From: a virus | Direction: 5' to 3' (one strand) | DNA length: 64,000 nt | IMG/VR virus record: IMGVR_UViG_3300023184_003237 | Span: 4,746-68,745 of that record | Part shown: positions 41,513-51,182 of the stretch, in pieces | Numbering within the stretch: position 1 is the first letter of the stretch | How the letters are laid out: each line of letters begins with the position of its first letter | Program-made: the position numbers and the translations under genes | The notes under the pieces: model-generated | Databases searched by the model: none | What the model was told of the DNA's origin: nothing | Seen by the model: only the letters and a program-made list of their open reading frames with translations

Positions 41513-42471
41513 TAGCAATCGAGGCCCCTGAGCCTTATCTTGCCATTACATGGCAGGTTAACAATTATTGCAATTTCAAATGCAGTTATTGTAATCCGGG
41601 TAATTGGGGAGGAACTGATATTAATGATGGGAATACAGATTTATATATTCGTAACTTAGAAACAATTATTAATCGTTATAAAGCAGTTGGATATAAGAAC
41701 TTTAAGTTTTTCTTTAGCGGCGGCGAACCCACCGCATGGCGTAATTTTATCCCAATCTGTGAATGGTTATATAAAGAATTACCACAAGCTACACTAGCTG
41801 TTAATACAAATTTAAGTCGTCCATTAAAATGGTGGGAAAAGAATCATTATCTATTTGATGATATAGTGGCTAGCTTCCATGTTGAGTTTGCAGACAAACA
41901 ACGCTATGAAGAAAACAGTATATTCTTATGTGATAAAGTAAATTATTTAGCCACTAAGATGCTATTACATGAAGAAAGATTCTGGGAAGTAGTAGAGTAC
42001 GGAAAGCATTTAAAAACAGTAATGCCCAATTACTTTTTAGAGTGGACACCGTTGTTCGATGAGATGAGTGTAAATGCAGGGCCCTGGACATACAAAGACC
42101 CTGCAAAGACTCAATTTATTAATGAATGTACAAGTGAACATCAGCAAACTAAAACAAAACCAGATAAAAGAACTAACTACACCGTTAGCTATAATAAATA
42201 TAACGATGGTCACAGTGAAGTATGTAACAGTAATGAAATAATTGTTGCTGGAAACAACTTCTTTAAAGGATGGAATTGTAATGTAGGTGATGCTATTTTT
42301 ATTAATCCTGTTGGTGACATGAGTTTAGCAAGCTGTGGCATGGGAGGATATGTTGGTCATATATTAAAAGATATTTCTCGTGCCGGCCCAAAACAGATAG
42401 TATGTAAAAAAGAACATTGCCATTGTGGCACAGATATTATAATCCCTAAATTTATAGAAGAAAAAATTTAA
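41497..42471 (+). CDS. Radical SAM protein with C-terminal twitch/SPASM-like Cys motif
   Basis: CNFKCSYC near the N-terminus, SGGEP, and C-terminal CNVG...SCG...CKKEHCHC. Confidence 0.88.
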   Translation: MGRKLIAIEAPEPYLAITWQVNNYCNFKCSYCNPGNWGGTDINDGNTDLYIRNLETIINRYKAVGYKNFKFFFSGGEPTAWRNFIPICEWLYKELPQATLAVNTNLSRPLKWWEKNHYLFDDIVASFHVEFADKQRYEENSIFLCDKVNYLATKMLLHEERFWEVVEYGKHLKTVMPNYFLEWTPLFDEMSVNAGPWTYKDPAKTQFINECTSEHQQTKTKPDKRTNYTVSYNKYNDGHSEVCNSNEIIVAGNNFFKGWNCNVGDAIFINPVGDMSLASCGMGGYVGHILKDISRAGPKQIVCKKEHCHCGTDIIIPKFIEEKI

Positions 42472-42473
42472 TT

Positions 42474-43793
42474 ATGTCACTACTTATTAACCCCCCTATT
42501 AAAGTTGTATATAGTTGGATAGGGCCGCGAGGCCCCATAGTTAATACAGAATTGCCAAATGTGTTATCTTTTGCATGTGTAGCTGAAGGTGCACAAACCA
42601 CTTCACATAATTTTTGGTCTGATGATTTGTGGTGGAGAGTATTTCATAAAAATAAAGATTACACGCTTGCTCCTACATGGGATATTAGTCCAGATGAATA
42701 CTTTATATATCCATATACATTGACTTGGCGAATAGATTTTAAAAATTATTTTTATGGTAATTCCGGACTTTTTGAATTTTCTCATACCCCTCCTTCAGTT
42801 ATACACAGTGTTCGGTTTGGTAAAGGATATTTTTTAATAGATTGCACTGCTGAAGCCTGGGTTAAACCAAATCAGATACATGCAATGCATTCATATTTTT
42901 CTCATTTTAATAAAATACCAATGGGAAAAATTATATATTTAAATGGGTGTATGAATTCAGAAAAGTTGTACAATGATTGGTGTGATAATAATGAAATACC
43001 AAATGACAGTAAATATAGAATGATTATGATTTCGTTGCCTATATCACAATCAACAGTAGCTTCACACATATTTACAGTTCCAAATCCTGAATATAATACT
43101 GAAGTTGTTCCAGAAAAGTTATTTTTATGTTGGAATAGAAGATTCCGATTACATAGAAGTATACTTGCATTGGGATTAGAAAAGGAAAATTTAATAAATA
43201 GAAGTTATTATAGCATGGGAAAAGTGGATCCAGAATCGCTTTTGCCATTTGCTGATACAATAGATCCAAACTGGATACAGGGAACGTCCATTGACCCACT
43301 AGATATTTTTAAATTTACACAAAAATTACCATTAATTCTTGATGACGAAACAGATATTAGAAGAATGTGCGGAGATCATGATGCGGCTGCAAGACCATTT
43401 TATCAAAATAGTTTGGTAAGTATAATAACTGAAACTAATTTTGATATGGATGAATTAACATTAACTGAAAAATCATTTAAACCGTTTAAAGAAAAACATC
43501 CATTTATTATAGTAGGGGTTAATGGAGCATTAAAGTCTATGCGTGAATTTGAATTTATGACATTTGGTGAATTTTGGGATGAAAGTTATGATGAAGAACC
43601 AGATCCAATTACCAGAATGAGAAAAATTATTAAAGTTTGCAAATATATAGGTTCCTGGGATAATGAAAAGATACTTGATTTTAAACGTAAAGTAAAACCA
43701 ATATTGGAACATAATTATAATATGGTGAAAATAGATTTGGCTAAAAAAACCGCTGACATCATTAAAAACAAAATTAAAAGGATAGCGCAATGA
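42474..43793 (+). CDS. Putative GT-B-type glycosyltransferase ('FLC.NRR...HR / ITET...TEK..KP' family), paralog 1
   Basis: FLCWNRRFRLHR, NSLVSIITET, LTEKSFKPFKEKHPFI and GEFWDESYD motifs, shared with three other ORFs here. TEK recalls the GT10 nucleotide-sugar motif. Confidence 0.5.
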   Translation: MSLLINPPIKVVYSWIGPRGPIVNTELPNVLSFACVAEGAQTTSHNFWSDDLWWRVFHKNKDYTLAPTWDISPDEYFIYPYTLTWRIDFKNYFYGNSGLFEFSHTPPSVIHSVRFGKGYFLIDCTAEAWVKPNQIHAMHSYFSHFNKIPMGKIIYLNGCMNSEKLYNDWCDNNEIPNDSKYRMIMISLPISQSTVASHIFTVPNPEYNTEVVPEKLFLCWNRRFRLHRSILALGLEKENLINRSYYSMGKVDPESLLPFADTIDPNWIQGTSIDPLDIFKFTQKLPLILDDETDIRRMCGDHDAAARPFYQNSLVSIITETNFDMDELTLTEKSFKPFKEKHPFIIVGVNGALKSMREFEFMTFGEFWDESYDEEPDPITRMRKIIKVCKYIGSWDNEKILDFKRKVKPILEHNYNMVKIDLAKKTADIIKNKIKRIAQ

Positions 43794-44764
43794 AGAAAAT
43801 ATTAGTATGCGGAGCCGGCGGTTTTATTGGGTCGCACTTAATTGAAAGTTTAAAAAAACAAGGTCATTATATAATTGGAGCAGATTTAAAACATCCATTA
43901 TATGATAACAATATTGCAGATGAGTTTTACATTATGGATTTACGTAATCAACTTAATGTAGAAAAACTAATAACAAGTGATATTGATGAAATATATCAAC
44001 TTGCGGCTGACATGGGCGGCGCCGGGTATATTTTTACCGGGGAGCATGATGCAGATATAATGCATAATTCCGCAATGATTAATTTAAACATATTGCATGA
44101 AATGCAAAAGAAAAACGTAAAGAATATTTTCTATTCCAGTAGCGCATGTATGTACCCTGAACACAATCAAACAGATCCTAGTAATCCGTTACTAAGTGAA
44201 GAAAGTGCATATCCAGCTGCACCTGATAGTGAGTACGGTTGGGAAAAATTATTTAGCGAAAGATTATATATGTCTTACGCACGTAATTACGGTATGCGAG
44301 TACGTATTGCACGTTTTCATAATATATTTGGACCTAAAGGTAGCTGGAACAATGGCAAAGAAAAATCTCCAGCAGCATTATGTCGGAAGATAGCGATGTG
44401 TAAAGATCACGGTGTAATAGATGTATGGGGTCCGGGTAATCAGACACGTAGTTTTTTATATATTGATGAATGTATAGAGGGTATGCAACGTATTATGGCT
44501 AGCGAATGTGAAGTACCCTTAAATTTAGGTAGTGAACGCATGATAAGTATTAACAACCTTGTTTTTTTAATTGCTAAATTAGTAAACAAGAGTATAGCAA
44601 TAAACAATGTAGATGGTCCAATGGGCGTCAGAGGCAGGACCAGCCATAATAAATTAATTAAAGAAATGATTAATTGGACGCCGGGCGAGAATTTAGAATA
44701 TGGATTATTACAAACATATAACTGGATTGTTACGCAAATCGAATCAAACAAAAAGGATTATTAA
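43790..44764 (+). CDS. NAD-dependent epimerase, GDP-mannose 3,5-epimerase (GME)-like
   Basis: GAGGFIG, LAADMGG, SSACMYP, YGWEK, RFHNIFGP, GKEKSPAALCRK, QTRSF and GVRGR track the known GME sequence closely, including the catalytic Cys and Lys positions. Confidence 0.88.
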   Translation: MKKILVCGAGGFIGSHLIESLKKQGHYIIGADLKHPLYDNNIADEFYIMDLRNQLNVEKLITSDIDEIYQLAADMGGAGYIFTGEHDADIMHNSAMINLNILHEMQKKNVKNIFYSSSACMYPEHNQTDPSNPLLSEESAYPAAPDSEYGWEKLFSERLYMSYARNYGMRVRIARFHNIFGPKGSWNNGKEKSPAALCRKIAMCKDHGVIDVWGPGNQTRSFLYIDECIEGMQRIMASECEVPLNLGSERMISINNLVFLIAKLVNKSIAINNVDGPMGVRGRTSHNKLIKEMINWTPGENLEYGLLQTYNWIVTQIESNKKDY

Positions 44765-45666
44765 TGACAAAATACATAATAGGGTTAGGTTGCAGCTGGA
44801 CACAAGGCGAGGGAGGATACCCTGAACAAGTTTGGAAAGATCATGGTGGAAGAGTTCAAGTAAGGGGACGGGATGATTACTATTTACGTGCAATTGAACA
44901 TGAAAACAGTTGGGTAAATGTCTTATGCCGTGATCATTTTACTGATCATATTCCTATAAATTTGGGTGCTAGAGGAATAGGTAATAGAGGTGCAGTACAT
45001 CAATTGCACTTCTGTGATAAGGTAGATTTTAATAATAGTACTGGTATTATTGTTTTAATGATGAGCGGATTTGAACGTTTTGATTTCTTTGCTCAACGAC
45101 TAAGACGAACATCAATGGCAGGACAAGCACTTGCACCCGATGATTTTTATTCTACTGGGGAGTATACGCATTACAAATGGAGAACAATGTGGCCGTCAGT
45201 GGGACATGGCGGTGGTGAACAAGAACTATGGAAAATATATGCTACACAGTTGTGGAGCGAACAATTTGTTGCAAGTGAACAAATGATGGCATTATTAGAT
45301 TTACAAACATTTGCCAAGGCATATGGATATAAAGTAGTAGTAGCTAATGCATTTAATCAACATGACAGGTCACAAAAATCAAATGATTATCTTAAGGAAC
45401 ATGCTGGCTACCTTGCAGATAAATTTGATTGGGAAAATTCTTATTTACATAATACTACATCATATACAGCATTTATGCAGAAACTTGTAGAATTAGATGG
45501 ATTAATGAAACCAGACGAATGGGGAGGATACTATTCGTTTTATAGTAAAAGAGATTGGCCCGCTAAATACTTGACAAATTGTGAGGGCGCACACCCAACC
45601 ATAGAAGGATACAAAGTGATCGGTAAAGAACTTGCCGATTTTATAAAATTACGTAACTATGCCTAA
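44764..45666 (+). CDS. SGNH-hydrolase-like protein (GCS variant), possible acyltransferase/esterase
   Basis: Block I GCSWTQG, block II NLGARGIGN, block V GAHPTIEGY. Confidence 0.6.
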   Translation: MTKYIIGLGCSWTQGEGGYPEQVWKDHGGRVQVRGRDDYYLRAIEHENSWVNVLCRDHFTDHIPINLGARGIGNRGAVHQLHFCDKVDFNNSTGIIVLMMSGFERFDFFAQRLRRTSMAGQALAPDDFYSTGEYTHYKWRTMWPSVGHGGGEQELWKIYATQLWSEQFVASEQMMALLDLQTFAKAYGYKVVVANAFNQHDRSQKSNDYLKEHAGYLADKFDWENSYLHNTTSYTAFMQKLVELDGLMKPDEWGGYYSFYSKRDWPAKYLTNCEGAHPTIEGYKVIGKELADFIKLRNYA

Positions 45667-47587
45667 AAAAATAATTAGTTTTGTTAACCCAAATTTTCAG
45701 CAAGGTCCCAAGGAGTTTAATGCTTATTACTTACCTTATACTCCTGCTATAATTTGGTGTTATGCTAATCAATTCACAGAAATATCCAATGCTTATGAGT
45801 TAGGAGAATTCATATGGCGCCGGGATAATATTGAGGAAATAGTAGAAATTCTACGACATAGTGATATAGTTGGGTTTAGTACATACATATGGAATCGTAG
45901 TTATAATGCAGTACTAGCCAGAGAACTTAAAAAAGCCAATCCAAACATTTTTATTGTTGGAGGCGGGCCTGAATATCCAATAGAAAAACTTAATTTTTTT
46001 GTTAATCATCCCTTTTTAGATATATGTGTTAAATCAGAGGGCGAAATATCATTTAAGAATATATTAGTAGAACATTTAAAAGACAACCCTGACTATGCTT
46101 CTATTAAAGGATTATTAATAAACAACGATAGTAAGACAATAGACACTGGGGATAGCGTTCGCATTGATGATTTAGATGTTATTCCTAGTCCATACTTAAC
46201 AGGGGTGTTTGATAAATTAATGAGTAAACACCCTGAAATAAGATGGAATGCAACGTTAGAAACTAATCGAGGATGTCCCTATGCTTGCACCTTCTGTGAC
46301 TGGGGAAGTCTTACATATAATAAAGTTAAAAAGTTTGACCTAAATAGAGTATTCCATGAATTAGAATGGATAGGAAAAAACAAATGTGATTTTGTAAGTA
46401 TAACTGATGCAAACTTTGGTATTTTCCCAGAACGTGATAATATCATTGCGGATAAATTGATTGCAGTACAAAAAGAATATGATAACCCTAAAGCATATAC
46501 TATTAGTTGGGCAAAAAATCAAAAACGTGAAATTGTAGACATTGTTAAAAAACTTATATATGAGGGTGGGGCTAAGATAGGATTAAACTTATCTGTTCAA
46601 ACAATGGATGAGAATGTGCTTGATATAATTAAACGTAAAAATTTAGGCACAAATGCAATTGAAGAAGTATTTGCTATGTGTGAAGAAAATAATATTCCAC
46701 TTTATACTGAATTAATTCTGGGCCTGCCGGGAGAATCGTTAGCATCATGGAAAGATAACTTTTATCAATTATATAAAGCAGGTAATCACACTGGCATAAC
46801 TATCTATCAAGCACAATTGCTTGAAAATGCTGAAATGAATTTATTACAACGTAAGCTATACAAACTTGAAGGCAGGATAGTATATGATTATCTTGTGGGT
46901 ACTTATAATGAGCATGAACTTCAAGAAGGGGTAGAAGTAGTTGTATCTACTAAAGATTTACCTGCGGATAAAATGATAGATGCTCAAATATTCAGTTGGT
47001 TTCAAAACACCTTTCATATTAATGGTATGACAAACTATATTAGTAGATTTTTGCGTAAGTATAAAAATATAGAATATGAAGTTTTTTATGAACAGTTATT
47101 AGAACATATTGAGCGTGATCCATGGTTTAATAGTGAAATGGAACGTATTAGAGAACATTATAGCAATTGGAGCAAGCATGGTAGAATTGATCATATACCT
47201 ATTCAAGGTATGGAAATACATGGATGGAATTTAATTCATAGCACATTGATTAATATACATAGTGAGGGTAAACATAATCATGTATTTGAAATGATTGATG
47301 AATTTCTTAAAGAAAATTTTGAAATTCCAAAAGATATACACAATGAACTTATGTTGTTTCAAAAAAAGTTTTTGGTAGATTACACTGGAATTAGTCTATA
47401 CCCGCAAACAATAAATTTTAAATATGACCTATTAGGCTATATTCAAAATGGAACAGAATTAGTTAAAGATAGTACATATTATTTTGATTTTCCTGAGGAT
47501 AAAGATATGAGTTTAGCAAGATTTTGTGAACAAATATTCTTTGCTAGAAGAAGAAATTTTGGTAAGGCGTGGATTACTAAATTATGA
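45659..47587 (+). CDS. B12-binding-domain radical SAM enzyme (class B methyltransferase-like)
   Basis: N-terminal DIVGFSTYIWN...VGGGPE...SEGE module, then ETNRGCPYACTFC, DANFG and LILGLPGES. Confidence 0.88.
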   Translation: MPKKIISFVNPNFQQGPKEFNAYYLPYTPAIIWCYANQFTEISNAYELGEFIWRRDNIEEIVEILRHSDIVGFSTYIWNRSYNAVLARELKKANPNIFIVGGGPEYPIEKLNFFVNHPFLDICVKSEGEISFKNILVEHLKDNPDYASIKGLLINNDSKTIDTGDSVRIDDLDVIPSPYLTGVFDKLMSKHPEIRWNATLETNRGCPYACTFCDWGSLTYNKVKKFDLNRVFHELEWIGKNKCDFVSITDANFGIFPERDNIIADKLIAVQKEYDNPKAYTISWAKNQKREIVDIVKKLIYEGGAKIGLNLSVQTMDENVLDIIKRKNLGTNAIEEVFAMCEENNIPLYTELILGLPGESLASWKDNFYQLYKAGNHTGITIYQAQLLENAEMNLLQRKLYKLEGRIVYDYLVGTYNEHELQEGVEVVVSTKDLPADKMIDAQIFSWFQNTFHINGMTNYISRFLRKYKNIEYEVFYEQLLEHIERDPWFNSEMERIREHYSNWSKHGRIDHIPIQGMEIHGWNLIHSTLINIHSEGKHNHVFEMIDEFLKENFEIPKDIHNELMLFQKKFLVDYTGISLYPQTINFKYDLLGYIQNGTELVKDSTYYFDFPEDKDMSLARFCEQIFFARRRNFGKAWITKL

Positions 47588-48717
47588 ATTTAAGTCAAAT
47601 CGTACAACACGATACGAATAATAAAAAAATTATTGTTGCTACTAGATACTTAGATAATTTTATTTTAACCGATGAAAATTATAGTACTATTGCAGATTGT
47701 ATAAACTCAATCTATTCTATTAATAATAATCTATCAATACAATTTGATTGTGCAGGAGAAGGGTTACCATTACGTGGATTGCTATCAACAGATCAAATTG
47801 TTAGACTATTAGTAAAAAATTTTGATATCAATTTAGATAATATTACCTTTTTATCCGGAAGCATCGAATGTGAAGAAAATCATAGATATTATTTAAAACA
47901 TTGTGCTACTTTTAATTTAATTCCGTTACAAGTGATATTTAATAATGCTTATGAATATCATGCTAGAGATAAAATACAACAAAATTTAGATTTTTATACA
48001 AACATTTTGATAAGAAATGTGTCTATAAAAAAGAAAAAATTTCTTTGTTTTAATAGAAGACCTGCATATCATAGATTATATATAATTGCTGAAGCAATAA
48101 AACGCAATTTGTTAGATGATGCTTATTTTTCAATGTATCTCAATGCAAATGAATCAGATAATATAACAGCAGAGGCTGATGCCAAAATGCCACCAATATC
48201 TCACATGCATATGTTGATGCCAATGTTAGCAGCAGACGTTGAAAAAACAATATTGTCTAATATAGATAAATTTCCAATGAGATTATCATTAAGTATAAGT
48301 GACCCGCACGGTCTTATACATGATTCACATTTGTATAATAATTCATATTTTGGTATAGTAACTGAAACAAAGTTTTTTGCTGACACGAAAGATATGGACA
48401 TATTAAAAAATGATATGCAATTAGATTGCATATTTTTTAGTGAAAAAACATTTAAATTTATTTCCGGAAAATTGCCCTTTGTATTAGTTGGATTCCCTAA
48501 TTCTCTTAAGGTACTCAGAGAAAGAGGATACAAAACGTTCCATCCTTTTATAAATGAAAGTTATGATTCTATTGAAAATGATGAAGAACGATTAAAAGCT
48601 ATTATGAATGAAATTGAAAGACTGTATAATTATACAGATGATGAATTTTTAGAATTTGAAAATAATGTATTACCAATGGTTGAATATAATTTTAAAAAAT
48701 TAATGATGTTAAGATAA
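47584..48717 (+). CDS. Putative GT-B-type glycosyltransferase, paralog 2
   Basis: FLCFNRRPAYHR, NSYFGIVTET, FSEKTFKFI...LPFV and GYKTFHPFINESYD. Confidence 0.5.
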   Translation: MNLSQIVQHDTNNKKIIVATRYLDNFILTDENYSTIADCINSIYSINNNLSIQFDCAGEGLPLRGLLSTDQIVRLLVKNFDINLDNITFLSGSIECEENHRYYLKHCATFNLIPLQVIFNNAYEYHARDKIQQNLDFYTNILIRNVSIKKKKFLCFNRRPAYHRLYIIAEAIKRNLLDDAYFSMYLNANESDNITAEADAKMPPISHMHMLMPMLAADVEKTILSNIDKFPMRLSLSISDPHGLIHDSHLYNNSYFGIVTETKFFADTKDMDILKNDMQLDCIFFSEKTFKFISGKLPFVLVGFPNSLKVLRERGYKTFHPFINESYDSIENDEERLKAIMNEIERLYNYTDDEFLEFENNVLPMVEYNFKKLMMLR

Positions 48718-48733
48718 AAGCGTAAATAATCAT

Positions 48734-51133
48734 ATGAACAAAAAAGTAGCAATGATAGGGGTTGGAAAATTGGGTGAACCAGTAGCAGAAGTAATGGCAA
48801 ACTATTATGATGTTGTTGGATATGATGTAGATACAAAAACACCTACGTTTCCAATGTTAAACACCATAGAAGAAACGGTGAAGGATAAAGATTTTATTTT
48901 TATTGCCGCACCTACCCCACACGATCCAATATACGGGGGTGAAACACCATCTAGTCATTTACCAAATAAAGATTTTGATTATACTATTGCAAAAGATTTA
49001 TTAAATGAAATTAACAAATATGTTAATTCTTCACAGTTAGTTATATTAATTTCAACCGTTCTTCCGGGAACCGTTAGGAATGAATTAAGTACTTGTATTA
49101 CTAATGCTAGATTTATTTATAACCCTTATTTAATTGCAATGGGAACGGTATCATGGGATTTTGTTAATCCAGAAATGGTTATTATTGGGACTGAAAACGG
49201 TGATCTAACCGGTGATGCAAAAGAACTAATTGACTTTTATAAGCCCATGATGAAAAATGACCCTAGATATGAAGTAGGAACATGGGATGAAGCAGAATCA
49301 ATTAAGATTTTTTATAATACATTTATTAGCACAAAACTAGCATTAGTAAACATGATACAAGATGTTGCAGAAACAAATGGTAATATAAATGTTGATGTTG
49401 TAACTAATGCATTAGCAAAATCAACACATAGAATTATGGGCCCGTCATACATGAAAGCAGGACTAGGCGACGCCGGAGCATGTCATCCTAGAGACAATAT
49501 AGCATTGAGATATCTTGCCGATAGATTAGATTTAGGTTACGATTTGTTTGATGCTATTATGAGAGCCAGAGAAGTTCAAGCAGAACGTATGGCATTGCGT
49601 TGTTTAAAAAATGGTAAGAATATTACCATAATTGGCAAGGCATATAAACCAAATGTCCCTTACACCAATGGTAGTGCTAGTATGTTAATAGGACATTATA
49701 TTGAAAAACACGGAGGTAATGTACATTATTATGATGAAAATACTAACGATACCAATTTAAATTTAGAATGGACTGAAGTATATTTAATTGGTTACTGGGA
49801 ATCCTGGGTTGAAAATGTAATACGTAAAATCAAACCAGAGTCTGTATTAATTGATCCATGGCGAAATAATCTTTCTTTAAAGCACCGAGGAGAAGTAATA
49901 CATTATGGAAATACTAAAAAAAAAATAGAAAGTTTGGAACCTCCTAATTACGGTATTGTTAAAATAGCACGTATGCAGGAATTGTTGATAACAGTGTGGC
50001 CTGAATTAAAAGAGCATATCAATAAAATTCATTTGATAGACAGTGGCATTATGACAACAAATGAACCTGTGTTTCATTTAAGATCCACTGAAACTATTAT
50101 CAAAGATATATTAAATGCAAAAAAGAACGGTGCAACCAAATTCTTTCTTTATAACGTATCAGAAGGAGTTCTTCCTCATATGGTTTCTAAAATTCATAGA
50201 ATTGCCAATTTATTAGAGGGTGTTATTGATTCTAAAGATTTCTTTTATGTGTCTGGATCTCCTGATTGTCAAGAAGTATACGATAAAATGTATAACAGAA
50301 AAATATCAGGTAATACATATTGGAAATCAAAAATATCAATTTTGTCCGGACATTTCTTTCAGTTGCTTTCACAATCGATGTATGCTGAATATAATAACAA
50401 AATAGAATATATAGTTGAAGAAAAAAATAAGAAATTTTTGTGTTTTAATAATATGGCTAGAGAACACAGAGCCAGATTGCTTGAATTTATGTTGGCTAAT
50501 AATTATGTTAAAGATGGATATTATTCATTTGAAGGAGCTACTCCTGGCAACAGTGACTGGAAACACATTATGAATATTTTAAATGATGATTTTAAACATA
50601 TAAAACGCAATAGTCATATATTTCCTATGAAATTAAATTTAAAATTAAAAGAAACAGTTAATTTAAATCCATATTGCTACAATTGTAACATAACAGAAGA
50701 TGACCTAAAATATTTTAACAATAGTTATTTTAGTATAGTTACTGAAACCATGTTTTATGATGAAAGTAAAGGAAGATTCCAACGACATGCTACAGAAGAT
50801 TGTATTTTTATCACAGAAAAAACATTTAAATGTATAGTTACAAAACATCCTTTTATCTTATTGGCCCGGCCCGGGATGTTAGCTGAATTAAAGAAAATGG
50901 GATATAAAACTTTTTCTCCCATTATTGATGAAACATATGATACAGTTCAAAATGATGATGATAGGTTAAAGTTAATTCTAACCGAAATTGACAAACTAAT
51001 GAAAAAACCAACAAAAGAATGGGCCGAGTGGCAATCGCAAATCAAAGACATTGTAGAATACAATCATACTCATTTTTATTCTACTAGAGATTATGCAGTA
51101 ACTGAAAATATTGAGAAATATTTTATTGAATAA
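48734..51133 (+). CDS. UDP-glucose/GDP-mannose dehydrogenase family domain fused to a GT-like domain (paralog 3)
   Basis: N-terminal half: GVGKLG Rossmann motif, AAPTP, ISTVLPGT, YNP, AESIKIFYNTF, GACHPRD catalytic Cys motif, AYKPN. C-terminal half: FLCFNN..REHR, NSYFSIVTET, ITEKTFK...KHPFI, GYKTFSPIIDETYD. An A10 run sits at the junction. Confidence 0.82.
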   Translation: MNKKVAMIGVGKLGEPVAEVMANYYDVVGYDVDTKTPTFPMLNTIEETVKDKDFIFIAAPTPHDPIYGGETPSSHLPNKDFDYTIAKDLLNEINKYVNSSQLVILISTVLPGTVRNELSTCITNARFIYNPYLIAMGTVSWDFVNPEMVIIGTENGDLTGDAKELIDFYKPMMKNDPRYEVGTWDEAESIKIFYNTFISTKLALVNMIQDVAETNGNINVDVVTNALAKSTHRIMGPSYMKAGLGDAGACHPRDNIALRYLADRLDLGYDLFDAIMRAREVQAERMALRCLKNGKNITIIGKAYKPNVPYTNGSASMLIGHYIEKHGGNVHYYDENTNDTNLNLEWTEVYLIGYWESWVENVIRKIKPESVLIDPWRNNLSLKHRGEVIHYGNTKKKIESLEPPNYGIVKIARMQELLITVWPELKEHINKIHLIDSGIMTTNEPVFHLRSTETIIKDILNAKKNGATKFFLYNVSEGVLPHMVSKIHRIANLLEGVIDSKDFFYVSGSPDCQEVYDKMYNRKISGNTYWKSKISILSGHFFQLLSQSMYAEYNNKIEYIVEEKNKKFLCFNNMAREHRARLLEFMLANNYVKDGYYSFEGATPGNSDWKHIMNILNDDFKHIKRNSHIFPMKLNLKLKETVNLNPYCYNCNITEDDLKYFNNSYFSIVTETMFYDESKGRFQRHATEDCIFITEKTFKCIVTKHPFILLARPGMLAELKKMGYKTFSPIIDETYDTVQNDDDRLKLILTEIDKLMKKPTKEWAEWQSQIKDIVEYNHTHFYSTRDYAVTENIEKYFIE

Positions 51134-51182
51134 TAAATCCACTGCAACAAAAAGACTTAAATAGTCTATATAGGAGATTAGT

